Position numbers and translations under genes: made by a program. 64,000 nt of DNA from Lama guanicoe (Eukaryota). How positions within the stretch are numbered: the stretch's first letter is position 1; each line of letters starts with the position of its first letter. Under the pieces are notes generated by a model, which was not told the DNA's origin, did not search any database, and saw only the letters and a program-made list of their open reading frames with translations. The stretch covers positions 3,899,312 to 3,963,311 of the forward strand of contig MU053561.1 in the NCBI GenBank assembly GCA_013239625.1, read 5' to 3'. Of the stretch, positions 13,196 to 24,767 are shown in pieces.

Positions 13196-13934
13196 GCTGA
13201 GAGAGGGAAAGACTCAGCCCTTGAAACTTAGTCCCATCATCTCTAAAGGGGATAAACAGCAATAACTACCTCACAGGCTAACAACGAAGTAATGGATGCA
13301 AAAGTCTTTTTAAACAATTAAAGGCTACCAGTGCTGCTATTAATGATCCACTGCTTCTAATGTATAATGCAAAATGTACTTAAAAGTGGAAAAATTATAT
13401 CCAAAACATTCTTACACAGATTTTAGGGATGCTATTCACATGATATTCTAGGCACATGTGTCCGCAGAGTTGTGCAATATGGTGGTGTTGGCTAAATGAG
13501 CATCCGTCCCATCCAGCTCGTTGTGGATGGGGTTCCATTCCAGACTCATCCAGACTAAGGACATCTACCTTCCCATGATGAAACACATGTCAGCACAGCT
13601 GGTTTCCCCTCTGCCCACACGGAGAGCACGGACAAGGGACGGGCAGAAAGAGAAGAGGTGGGGACCACCCCCCATTCCGTCCTCACCCACTGCCATTGTG
13701 GGCTTCTCTTTTCACATCAGCCTTGGGCAGACAGCCAGATTGAAGTGCAGAGTTTTTCTTCTCTTGCTCACTCCAGTACAGGAATTCCTGGAGTCTCGAG
13801 ATGCCAACGGCAGTCAGCGAGAGGGAGGGGGAGTCGAGGCAAAGGCCCCTCGCGCAAAGGGCCCCTCGCGCCACATGTTGGTCCGTCGACCTCTGAGTGA
13901 GGGAAAATCAGCCCCATGAGGATTCACTTATTCC

Positions 13935-14105
13935 AGAGCTTTGGCGTCAGACAGTGTCGGGTTTGAATCCAGGCTCTGTCACTTCTCAGCGGGGTCCATT
14001 TATGTGAGTTACTTTGCCTCCTTCAATTGTAATTTGTTTACTGTGAAAGAAGGTTAATAATATCCTAAAGCCCAGTGTACTCAGTAAATGACAGCAATTA
14101 TTATT
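13935..14105 (+). mobile_element. MIR SINE
   Basis: gctttggcgtcagacagtgtcgggtttgaatccaggctctgtcactt...tactcagtaaatgacagcaattatta. Confidence 0.75.
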
Positions 14106-15929
14106 ATTTTTATTAATATTCACTCAACGAGGATTTATTGTACATGTTCTATGTGCCAAACAACATGTTGGGTACTGGCAATTCTGAGAGAAATGTAACA
14201 TCTTGCCTGTCCTGGGGAAAACCACAGTCCAGTGTGGGAGGCAGCCATGAGCACAACACACGTTACACACGCTGATCTCAGTACACGTGCAACATAAGCG
14301 ACAAGGAAGGGAAACTGACCAGAGTGGTGGGCGTGTTCTCCCCTGCAACTAGCAGCCTTCTGAGTCCACATCTTTTTCCTTCCACCCACCCTTCCAGTCC
14401 TTATGAGGCAAATTAAGGTGTCCACAGTTTAAAGGACAACCCAGAATAATTGTCCTCGGTCAGTATTCCCTAAGCATCTCTGATCTGTTGCCCAACTGAG
14501 CCCTTGCCGGCCAAAATCGACATCCACTGGGGTGAATTTACGCTTTCCGCTCAGCATGCTCTGTCTACACAAGGCATTTCATTCAGGTTTGGAAAGTTAC
14601 AGGCTGACGCAGCTCTGGAGGTTTGTTTGACATTTTTTTTTTTATTTCAAATGTTTCATTTCTTTCCTTTTCGGATCTGTGCCCTAGTTGTTCTGGGAAA
14701 CTTGTGACCTCTCTGTGTTTTTAATTAGAAGATGTCATTTTTCCATGGCAACCTATCTTGATGTCCTAAATAGAGAATCTGTAAATCAGTTTCTCTATGA
14801 AGGGCCAGGCAATTGGAGTGGGAGGCTGCCCAAGGAGCCCCAGTGCCCAAGCCTGGTGGCTGCACCACTGGGGAAGGTCCCCCAAGCAAAGAGACACCAC
14901 CAGGGACTCCTGAGACAATAGACCTGCACGATAGTGGTCCAGCCAGCACCTCTTGGGTTGGGTGCATAAAACTCAGTTCTTGATAGTTGTGTGGGGGAAT
15001 GTGCATTTTCCAGTTGGCATGGAAACAAAACCATGTCAACCAAGAGTTATGGAGTCACTGGGGCCCATAGCCCATAGGTAATAACACAGAAGCCACAAAA
15101 ACACTGATGGGAAACCATTGAAACCAACCCAAGCTCCATGGTGGCCAAATTTGAACTGACCTCACTGCAGCATCTCACCTCCTAAAAGGAAGGAACGTCT
15201 TCAGGAAATGATGAGGGCAATACAGATATTATGCACCACATTTGCAAGTCAGGGCTGAGGAAACAGTAGTTAAATCATTTGGCAAAAAAGGGATTGGTTT
15301 CAAAGAGAATGTCCTAAATTTTGTAATTCTAGTTTTTATTTCTTTTCTTTTCTTTTTTTTAGACATCATTTCCATCCACTAAGACAGACGTGTTGATAAA
15401 AGTCATCCTGACCACGGAGATGACGCTGATGCATTTTTAAATGAAACCATAAAATGATATGGCGAGTCCTCCTCTATACTTGATCTAGACAGAAGGGCAC
15501 AGTGAAGACTCCCAAAGCAACCCACTCATTCAGTGTGCACATGACTGAAAGCCATGGGGTGCAGGCACCAATAACAACGGCTAACACTTGCAGGCTGCTG
15601 ATCACATTTAGGAATTAACGTTCAAGTGCTGTGTGTGTATTAAGGACTCATAATAATAGCAATAGCTTTCCCTTCTTGACGGCTTATTATATTCCAAGAA
15701 CTGTGAAAAGTGTCTGCATGTCTAACTAAATTCACCTTCACAATTGCTTTCCCCAATTTTCAAATCAGAAAACCGAAGCATAGAGAGGTTGGGTGACTTT
15801 TCCAAGGTCACGGTCTGGGTATGAAACTGGCTCCAGTGTCTGTCTGTGCTCGTAATGGCTATAAATACAACTTCTTCCTACGCCGTGTGAGAAGGTTTCT
15901 GGAATCAGGAAAGCATATTTGACAAGCTG

Positions 15930-16310
15930 AGCTCATTCCCACCTCGGGACCTTGCACGGGCTGTTCCCTCCGCCTGGCCTGCCCTTCCCCACATCTTTGC
16001 TTGACTGGCTCTTCTCGTCATTCAGGGCTCAGCTCACATGCACTTCTTGGAAGTGTGGTCCCTGATCCCTCAAACCAAAGCAGCCCTCTCCACCCCAAGC
16101 CTCAGTCACTCCATCCCATTTCTTCATGTTATCATTCAGTGTGTTTTCCACTGCCCAAATTGCTCTGTTTCTTTACATGTTGAGTCTCCCCCCGACTTGG
16201 ATGGCAGCTCCGTGACAGGCAGGACTTCCTCTCAGTCACCGCTGTATCTCTCGTTTGTAGGGCAGTGCCTGCCACAGAGCTGGGCACTCGATTGCTATTT
16301 GTCAAACACA
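15930..16310 (+). mobile_element. L2 LINE 3' end
   Basis: ctcattcccacctcgggaccttgcacgggctgttccctccgcctgg...cagtgcctgccacagagctgggcactc. Confidence 0.8.
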
Positions 16311-16769
16311 CAGCTCGAGAATACTGGTATTGAATTTTCTCTTGAGCACCAATTATAATGACAGCAGCACCAGTGACAACGCAGCAGTGGCAACAGCTCT
16401 AATAGGGAATAGCAATTAAGTGTCTATCGCAACTCACAGACTGTGCTAAATGTCTCCCATCAGTTCCTGTGAGGTGCATGCTATTATTGCCTCCATTTTA
16501 CAGAACAGGAAACTGAGACTTAGGGAGGGCACGGGATGCTGGTGTCATCACAAGGCTGAGAAACCCTCAGGAATACATTTATACACGTCACAGGAACATG
16601 AAGTTATTGTCAATGAAGCAAAGGGTGCAGCCAGACAGCACACACCACAGAGAGTCCCTAAGCCTCCTGGGGCCTCTATTTCCTTCTCAGCTAAAGAGGG
16701 AAAGTTGAAGCTTCATAATTAAGAAGTGTCAGGTCTAGAATTACAGCTGGGTGCATGGACAGAACCCAG

Positions 16770-17010
16770 GCAGTGGCTCTAGAATACCTGGGGTTGAATT
16801 CCGACTTTGTCCCTGACAAGATGTGTAATCTTGGGCAGTCTTATGATCTCTTTAAGCCTCAATTTCTTCTCCTGTGAAATGGGATAATAGTCCCCACCTG
16901 CCTGCTTTGCAGAGATGCTGTGCTGAGTAGGTGAAGTAGTCTGTGTGAAGGCAGCTAGCGCTGTGACCAGTGAAGTCAGCAGCTCAATAAATATAGTTTC
17001 CTTCTTTATT
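16770..17010 (+). mobile_element. MIR SINE
   Basis: ggctctagaatacctggggttgaattcc...gcctcaatttcttctcctgtgaaatgggataatag...gctcaataaata. Confidence 0.8.
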
Positions 17011-17169
17011 ACTTTGCTGCAACTCATTCAGTCAGTATCTATTCCCTTCCCAAACCCCTGCGATTTCTGGATGTTTGAATTCCATGTCTTCAAATCAAGC
17101 CACATACTGTATGGGTCACCTGTGGCCAGATGCTTGTTTTTGACCTTATTAGAGAAAGGATGGCTGGAA

Positions 17170-17290
17170 AGTAAGAGGAAAAGAAAGAAGGAGGAGGAGG
17201 AGAAGGAGATGAAGAGGAAGAGGAAGAAGCAGAAGCAGATGCAGACGCAGACACAGGAGCAGAAACAGGAAAGAGGTTTCAAGGAAGAAA
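17170..17290. repeat. Purine-rich low-complexity tract with drifting 3/6-bp period
   Basis: gaggaggaggag...gaggaa gaggaa gaagca gaagca gatgca gacgca gacaca ggagca gaaaca. Confidence 0.85.
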
Positions 17291-18349
17291 ATAGAAACTT
17301 TTTTTGACAGAGGGAAAGAGTGTGGGAGGAGAGGATATTGCATGAACCACATAGCAAGAAGAGCCCTGCTGTGGGAAAAAAATAGTGTCAGCCACTGAGA
17401 AGTCACTGAGGACGCGTGTTTCCTCTGCTCCGTTCGGAGAAAGGTGCGCCTGGGGGTGAGTCACTGTCCTCACTAAGGGCACCTGGGGCGTGCACACCTC
17501 TTGTCCTCTGCCCCAGGCTGTGAGTGGATGGATCCTTCAGAGGGGACATGGGGCCAGGGGTCCTGCAGGGCAGCAGGCCAGCCCGGCCTGGCAGGTGAGC
17601 CCTGAACGCGGGCACAAGCGCTACGGAGCCCAGTGCTGCCCCCCGCAGCCGTGCCACACAGCTGCTTTTTAGCATCTGAACAGCTCTCAGCCCTATTTCA
17701 GGAGATTTTCTGGGGTCAGGAAAGTGTGTGGTGGAAAGGTAATGTGAGAGGTGGGTGGGCTAATCAATTCTCACTACTTCACAGAATGGCAGTGGCAGGT
17801 GATTAGACAGATGGTTAATTTCTTTTTAAGTAGATCTTTGTTTTCCACAGGAAGAGAGATTTGGATAAAACTAAGCCTCCTTGTGAAGCAGGGATCCCTT
17901 GTTCCCTTGGGCACAGAGTCCTGGGAGCTGCTTAGCCTCCGCGGGGCGGACCATTGGAGGGCGGCACTGCCGGTGAGCTGATGAGCTTGGCCAGTGGCTC
18001 CGAGGTGACCATCTGCAGCAGCGAGATGCAGGGCGCTGGTCTACTGCCTCCATCCTCTGTCTGCACTTCAGCAAGGTCCCACCTCAGGTGGTGGGTGTGC
18101 AATGCAGTTTAGGGAATGCTGAGCTAACGTTCCCGCCTCCCTCAGGGAAGTGCTCAGGTGGTCGCAGCCCATCCAGAGTGACTCTCCACATGTCTGCTCA
18201 CCACCATTCAGTCACACTGGGATTTTTCATTATGGAGAATAAATCCAATTCTCAGGCTGAACTTCAGTCTTTCCAAAAAACTGTCTCTCTTTCTATGTGT
18301 GGGAGACTCTCTCACGATTTCCCAATAGATGAAGGTAAAGGGAGGTCCT

Positions 18350-18600
18350 TAGATGGGAGTAGTTAGAAATGCAAGCTTTGGAATCAGAAGAACTGGGTTT
18401 CTGTCTTGGTTCTGTTTTTTCCTGACTGTGAACCGAAGCAAACTCTTACATTCTTGAGCCTTGGTTATCTTATCTGTGAAATGAGGATGGTAAGTACACC
18501 TACTTCACGAGGTTATAGTGAGGATTAAATTTAAAATATACGCAAAGTGCTGTCACAGTGTAAGTGTTCAACAATTGGCTTCTACCTTTGCTATTATTAA
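18350..18600 (+). mobile_element. MIR SINE, near full length
   Basis: gctttggaatcagaagaactgggttt...tctgtgaaatgaggatggtaagtacacctacttcacgaggttatagtgaggattaaat. Confidence 0.85.
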
Positions 18601-19649
18601 GCAATAATAGTATAATCATTCCCAGATTCTGCCCCCTTGTTCATTCATCCTAGGAGCACATTTTCACTTTGGTACTCTGTTGGTCACTCACTGTGGGTGT
18701 CTGGAAAACCTACTTAACAGAGCATTAGTCTTCTAACAGTGTACGCTATGAAGAGACGTATTTACTTGCCAAACATGAAGAAACATACCAATGAAATGGT
18801 ATGGTGTTCCCACAGGTAAAAGGCTTTAAAAGATTCATTTCAAATCACTTACATTGTGCTGATTTGGATTTTATTCCATCTATTTGCAAAGGTGTTTACT
18901 TTGTGCCAGTCACTGGGCGAGTAAGATATGGCTGTGTCCTCAGGCAAGTCACAGTGGTAGTCGGGGAGACAGACACATGGACGAGGGACTGGAGTAGCTG
19001 GGGACATAGGCATGAGTGAGCATGAAAGGCTGAAGGGCACAGGTAGCAGCAAAGAGGGACCAAAGTCAGTCCTGGGGAAGAGCGATGAAGACTGAATGAA
19101 GTTTTAAGGTTGGACAGATGAAAAGGAAGGGACAGTGTATTTGAGCAGAGGAAAGAGAGGCATAAAGGGTGTTTGTATGTGTGTGTAACTTACAAAAATG
19201 TGGTACTGCTGGTTAGTGGATGACTAAGGCAGAAATATCATGAAGCACTTTAGAGTTCACACTCCAGAGTTTATTCTGGAGCCAGTGAATAGCTACTGGA
19301 GGATCTAAGCAGTGGGGTATGGAGAGTAGATCTGAGTTTCCGTAGGGTCTCTCCAGTGACTGTGGGAAATGGAGCAGAAGGGCAGACTAGAGATGGCTAT
19401 AGCAAAGAACAGAGAAAAGGGGAAGAACTAGGAGACATTTAGATGTTAAAATTGCATATGGAAGTGAAGGAAATAAAAGTGTCAAAGATAATTTCTGGTG
19501 TGCCAAATAGGTGGAAATGTTCAGCAAACAGTTGGGTACATGAGTGTAGCAGACAACAATCTCTGCTTAAGTAACAACCATCCCCTACGTCCCACTTGCC
19601 TCCTGCTCAGACCTCAATTTATTAAGTTACAGGCAGAGATCTTTTGATA

Positions 19650-20540
19650 TTAGAAAGGGACAGGCCCAACCCCTATGGATGAGTTATAATTGGTTCAAAC
19701 CAGTTGGGCTAATCTCATTCCTTTTGGCCACTTAGTCAAATTGTGGGCAAGTAACTCATTTATTCTGGCTAATGAAACATAAAGAAGAGTTTCCCTGGAT
19801 AAAAAAAAAGACACACTGCCTGGGGAAATAACCCTCTGCCTGGAGGTGAGCTTAACCCCATATCCAACATATCCACCTGCAGCCGCCATCTTGTGACCAG
19901 GAGACAAGAGCATGAGAACAAAGCCAATACACGGAGGATGGTGGAGCAGAGAGTGACACCTCATCCCTGATGGTACCTTTGACCATTGGAATAAATCTAC
20001 ATCAGACAACATGAACTTCTTGTCAAATAAGATTAAAATGTTCTGCTATTTTAAGGAAACTGTTTGATTTAGGTAGGATATATTAAGGTAATAGTCAACT
20101 CCAAAAGTAATGGCTCAGACACGATAGACATTGATTCCTTGTTTTTGAGTGGTCGAGGCTGGACATTGCATATGGGTGGTGGTGGAAGACTCAGGGATAC
20201 GAGCTGATGTCAGTTCTGCTGTTCTCAGCATGTGGCCTCTGTGGTGGCTCTGAGCATGGAATCACACCAGAAGGAGGACGAGGATAGTGACGCCCTTCGG
20301 GGAGGTTTTGTGAGCCAGGCCTATAAACAGCACATGTCACTTCCACTCACATTCTGTTGACAAGAATGGAGCCACGTGACCACTTCTAACTGCAAGGGAA
20401 ACTGAGAACTGTAGGGTAACTAGGAAACCACATCCCAGCTTCCGTATATGGAAGGATGGATTTCATGAACAGCTGATAGTCTCTGCCACACATCTGTAAA
20501 CTGAATTTTATTGTTGTTGTTACTTGCAACCCTAACTAGT
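19650..20540 (+). mobile_element. ERVL-class LTR (LTR16/LTR33-like), split by MLT1J
   Basis: gcagccgccatcttgtgacc...aaagccaatacacggaggatggtggagcagagag; terminal gttacttgcaaccctaact resumes after the insert. Confidence 0.6.
20070..20490 (-). mobile_element. MaLR LTR (MLT1J-like)
   Basis: cacttccactcacattctgttgacaagaa...ctaactgcaaggg...ends gatagtctctgccaca. Confidence 0.75.
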
Positions 20541-20920
20541 TTCCTAGTTAGATTTCCTAACCCTTTCAATGGGTCTGAAGCTTAGGGTAGACCTTGTGTT
20601 GGGTTATATAGTTTTTCCTTGATTGCAGTATCTGTATATTTCAAGACATGTCACATGCTGTAGGTAAAATGAACAGAGTGGATGACATCACCCAGGAAGA
20701 ACGTAGAAAATGAGAAGAGACACAGAGCTAGAGCCCTTTGAATGGTTCAGTGGACTCACCCAATCCAGAAGACCCCCTCCTTACTGCCTAGAGGGACTTA
20801 CCTTAGGTTGGGTAGACTCAAGGCTCAGACGTAAGAACAAGTCTATACAAGGTTGTCCAAGGAACTTTGTTTTGGGGTGCTTCTGGATATTAAATCCAAA
20901 CAGGGTTGTCTTTGCCTTTT

Positions 20921-20945
20921 ATATATATATATATATATATATATA
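20921..20945. repeat. (TA)n microsatellite
   Basis: read directly. Confidence 0.95.
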
Positions 20946-21526
20946 AGGCACTCACTTTGACAAATAGCTGAAAAAGGCTTGAACAAAATGTGTTCAACTT
21001 CCTTCCTTCTCTGATGAAGATATTTTATGTGGACACCTAGCAACCCAGATCCTGAAATAACTCAATGTGGGAAATGCTCCAAGTACAGTTCTGTTCCCTT
21101 CCCTCTTCTTTATCATCACTACTGAGGCTTCAGATTGGGAGACTGACTTTTCTGGTTTGAACTGTCCAAAGCCTCAGTAGAAGCAATAGATGTACGCGCT
21201 GGAACTTTCCAGCACCACCAGAAATCTACCTGGGCAATTCAATTTTCTTGGAAGAGAGTTCTTATTTGGTGGTGGTCTTTGGGGCTAACTTTAACCATTC
21301 TAAGGAGTACATTCTGATGACTACTGGAGCCTGACTTGACACACAGCCTGTGGGTCTCGTTAGTGTGGTGTAGACTGCCAGATGTCCTCCATCCAACTGG
21401 CTGAGAGTGTCCTCCAAACACTGTCCCCTCAAAGCTCCCAATCACTGTGGCTAAGCAAAAAGAGAACATTCAACTGTGGTTCAGTCTGGAAACTTGTGGC
21501 TATGGAAACTAATTAACTAGAGTTCT

Positions 21527-21659
21527 TTTTTTTGGTGGGGGGGGAGGTAATTAGATTTATTTTTTTTTAATTATTATTTTTTAATGGTGATACTGGGGAC
21601 TGAACCAGGTCCTCATGCACACTGAGCATGTATTCTGCAACTGAGCTATACCCTCCACC
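21527..21659 (-). mobile_element. tRNA-Ala-derived SINE (camelid Vic-1-like)
   Basis: Minus strand reads gggtatagctcagttgcagaatacatgctcagtgtgcatgaggacctggttcagtccccagtatcacca, then an AT-rich tail, ctaattacctcccccc and an A-tail; 10-bp TSD ctagagttct at 21517-21526 and 21660-21669. Confidence 0.9.
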
Positions 21660-21769
21660 CTAGAGTTCTGTCTATTTATCATTCCAGTAAATTCCACAAG
21701 GGCAGGAGCCATACTTTATGCATTTCATTACACTTCCCTCGCCCCCCACCATGCTCTGTAACACGAGGA

Positions 21770-21995
21770 TAATAATAACCAGCATGTATCGCATTCATAG
21801 TTTAAGTCAAGCATCATGCTGTGTGTTTTATCAGAAGTAAAACACATTTAATCTTCGTAAAAACTTCATCAGGTAGGTAGTATTATTATCATCTGTTTAC
21901 AGATGAGGAAACTGAGGCTAAAAGAGGTTACATAGCCACTCAAGTAGCTGAGTTCGCAAATGGTTGAGCCAGGATCCAAACCCAGAGGTCTGAGT
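21770..21995 (-). mobile_element. MIR SINE
   Basis: aggtaggtagtattattatcatctgtttacagatgaggaaactgaggct...gagccaggatccaaacccag. Confidence 0.9.
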
Positions 21996-22889
21996 AAACT
22001 CGACCCTAGACACCCCGCCTCATTCGTCCTTGGTGTGAGGGTTAAAGACCTAGGTAGAGCGCCTTGCTGGCACTCAGTTAATGCTCAGTAAATAGCCATT
22101 ATCAATATGTCATTGTTTCTTCTTTATAAGGCATTGTGCAATGATCTTGTAAGATTGCAAAGTGGTCTTATACTGGGCAAGCTATTTCGTTTCTTGTGTG
22201 TCTGTGAGGAAGTTGTGCAAAGCTGATTTTTTTGTTCGGAAGTGTGTGGATTTTGTGACTGAGGTCTTGGTGACAGGTAGTATCTGGCGGTCCCGACCCA
22301 GAGAAGTGAAGGTCCCAGCAGTCAGCCTCCTGGTGTTCAAAGCTATAAGGCTGTACTTACCAGTAGTATTTATGACATCGTCAACAACATGTATGAGCAA
22401 CATCAACTTGAATCTATTAGTTGTTATTCTAATCATTTTTCCTTAATAAAGTTCCTTTTTCAATATAAAAATTTAAAAAAAAACTTGGAAAATGTAACAA
22501 AGTAAAAAGAGGAAAAAATCAACATAGTTCTACTGCTCAAAAAAGTCCCATTGACATTTTTGTGTTCTGATTGACATTTTATTCATTTTTAAATTTGTTT
22601 GCTTTGTTGATAGCATGAGAGACCCTCAAATTCCCATGTACCTGAGTCATCAAATTTTCTAAATCTGGCCCCTTTGGCTTGGGACACAGAGAGGTCCTGC
22701 TATTGGCTGGTTCTTAGTTCTAGAGTCTCCAGGGTGCATTAAGACAGATCCTGGCAGGGCAGTGGCCAGAGGGACCCCGCCGGACAGGGTGACAGAGGCC
22801 CTGATAGCTCAGGGAAAAGCTCAGCTCTGAGCCAGTATTCTGCACAAGGGTCGGCCCAGTCCAGGAGGAAGTTTTCCTGGGCCCGGTTC

Positions 22890-23200
22890 CCACCCTCGTG
22901 GTCACATCACGGTGACGCAGCAGGAAGCCGGCCTCCCCAGAGCCCAGGTCTCTCACAGGAAAGTGTTGTCAGAGGTTTCTGCACGGGCAGGCGGTCCATG
23001 CACACTGGGTTCGCCGCAGTGTTCCCAACCCACAGGATCTGTTCACAGGCTGGAATGCGGCCTCAGGGCTGCGCTCTGGCGTTTCCCCAGCCTGGTCCTG
23101 ACGCTTGCGGTAATGCCTGCGGTGATGCCGTAAATCAGCTCTGCCCTGCGCTTTCCCAGCGGGACGTCCAAATGGGTTGTCCCCCGAGCCGGCAGCGTGA
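22890..23200. promoter_or_regulatory. Small CpG-rich segment (weak, orphan CpG-island-like)
   Basis: About 20 CpGs in ~310 bp of GC-rich non-repeat sequence by hand count, well above the surrounding background. Confidence 0.45.
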
Positions 23201-23622
23201 GATACCTCCTTCAGATGTCATGTACAAAACAGTGATTGACCAGAGGAGATTTACTTTCCAATTGGAAAAAGTAATATTCTGAAGGCTTAGTCAATATTCT
23301 TCCTTTGCCTTGACATTTTCTGGCGGCCACTGAGAGCAGGGGAAGGTCTCCGCAGTCGTCCGCTTTCTGGATGGAGTTTGCTTCTTTGCAGAGGAAGGGA
23401 GTGGCGATGCTATGCTCTCCCACTTATGTCTATCCCCTTTTCTCACGTGATCGCTACACCAGTGGTGAGCTCACCCTTCCAGGTCATCTCCCCTGGGTTC
23501 CCGCAGCTAGGGGGAGGAGCCAAGGAGTAGGCGTGCAAACAGGTCTGCCCCACGACTGCTTACCACGCAGCAAATCAGCTTACCTCTCAGGGTCCTGAGC
23601 TTCCGCGAAAGTTTATTCCCTT

Positions 23623-23798
23623 TTTTTTAAAAAAAAATTATTTATTCAATCTAAAAAAGATTTTTTTTGGATTTTTTTTTGGTGGGGGGGGGAGTGGAAG
23701 GTAATTACGTTTATTCATTTTGATGGAGGTACTGGGGATAAACCCAGGACCTTGTGCATACTAAGCATGCACTTTGCCACTGAGCTATATCCTCCCCT
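23623..23798 (-). mobile_element. tRNA-Ala-derived SINE (camelid Vic-1-like)
   Basis: Minus strand ggatatagctcagtggcaaagtgcatgcttagtatgcacaaggtcctgggtttatccccagtacctcca (A box and degenerate B box); TSD gaaagtttattc at 23607-23618 and 23799-23810 (16 bp with 1 mismatch); TT/AAGA endonuclease site on the minus strand. Confidence 0.92.
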
Positions 23799-23809
23799 GA
23801 AAGTTTATT

Positions 23810-24220
23810 CTCTTAATTAGACAATTTATTAGCCAATATTCCTTACAGCTGTCAATCCAAGAGCAGGTGATGCTCACAATAACGATCCCAGGGCATTGCA
23901 AGATCCTTAATCACCTTCTGGGCTCCCTGTAATCTCAGGGATGCGTGCATTTTATCTATTCAAATTCCTTGAAGATTGGTAATCCGCGTGCATCACTTAT
24001 AGGATTCTAGTACCGAGAATGGTGGACGACCAGAATCAGACACGGAGCATTAATCAAATTCTTTGTCCTTTACTTTGAAGAGGATGTCATGGAATCTGAC
24101 ACAGGAACACCAGCCGGGCTGAAGTGTCACACACAGGACCACAAGCCTGTCGTGGGCACCCGCAGGGAGACCTGCTGTAAGTGTAGGGCAATAGATTGAG
24201 GTTGTAAAGCCCATTACTCT
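23810..24220. promoter_or_regulatory. Candidate developmental enhancer (motif-dense, repeat-free)
   Basis: TAATTA 23814, PBX/MEIS-like ctgtcaatcc 23849, TAATCC 23980, SOX-like ctttgt 24061, TCF-like ctttgaag 24073; conservation not verifiable here. Confidence 0.35.
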
Positions 24221-24767
24221 ATGAAGTGCCAGCTTTTTGCTCCAAGATTAACACAACTTCCGTGGCCTCCAAAGCTTCTTAAGCTTCAGATTGCTCTCGC
24301 CAGTTCACCCCTCTGCTGCTGCCTCGTCCCCGCTGTCCTGTGGCACGGTGTGCCCTTTGAGGTCCAGCTTACTCTGTGTAATTGCATCCAGCCTGTGCTA
24401 AAGGAACTTTACCATGTGGCACAGTTGTTTGTATGACAATGAGACTATGTCTTAGCCAGTGGGTGGGCCACAGATCAGCTCAAACTCAAACTTTTCATGA
24501 AGATAAACATGATTTGGGGGAGAAGCCCAGCTTGACAACCTGCATAGGCAAGTTTTGGTTTAAGTTCAGATTGCCTTTTTAATCCCTGAAAATGAAGACT
24601 GTTCACACTTGAAACCAATCTGAAAAAATATGAGGATCTGCTGACCCTATCATGCAGTGTCAGGAGCCTAGCAGAGTGAATTTGAAAGGGAAGAAGGAGA
24701 GAAAAATAAAGCTTACTTTCTGATCACACCTCTTCAGTAATCTGGTCATGTTAACATTGTGGAGTCA

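Larger units (their letters stand above)
18900..20740 (-). mobile_element. L2 LINE, interrupted by nested LTRs
   Basis: L2-like reverse text at 18900-19550 (gagtttattctggagccagtgaatagctactggagg) resumes at ~20570-20740 (gagtggatgacatcacccaggaag). Confidence 0.6.

Noticed and set aside
16945..17307. 120-aa ORF with a highly charged C-terminus
   Set aside because: It starts inside a MIR and stays open because of the purine-rich simple repeat.
23725..23798. tRNA-Ala gene
   Set aside because: The anticodon arm and B box are mutated, and it is followed by a SINE tail and flanked by a TSD. It is a SINE head; the same applies to ~21585-21659.
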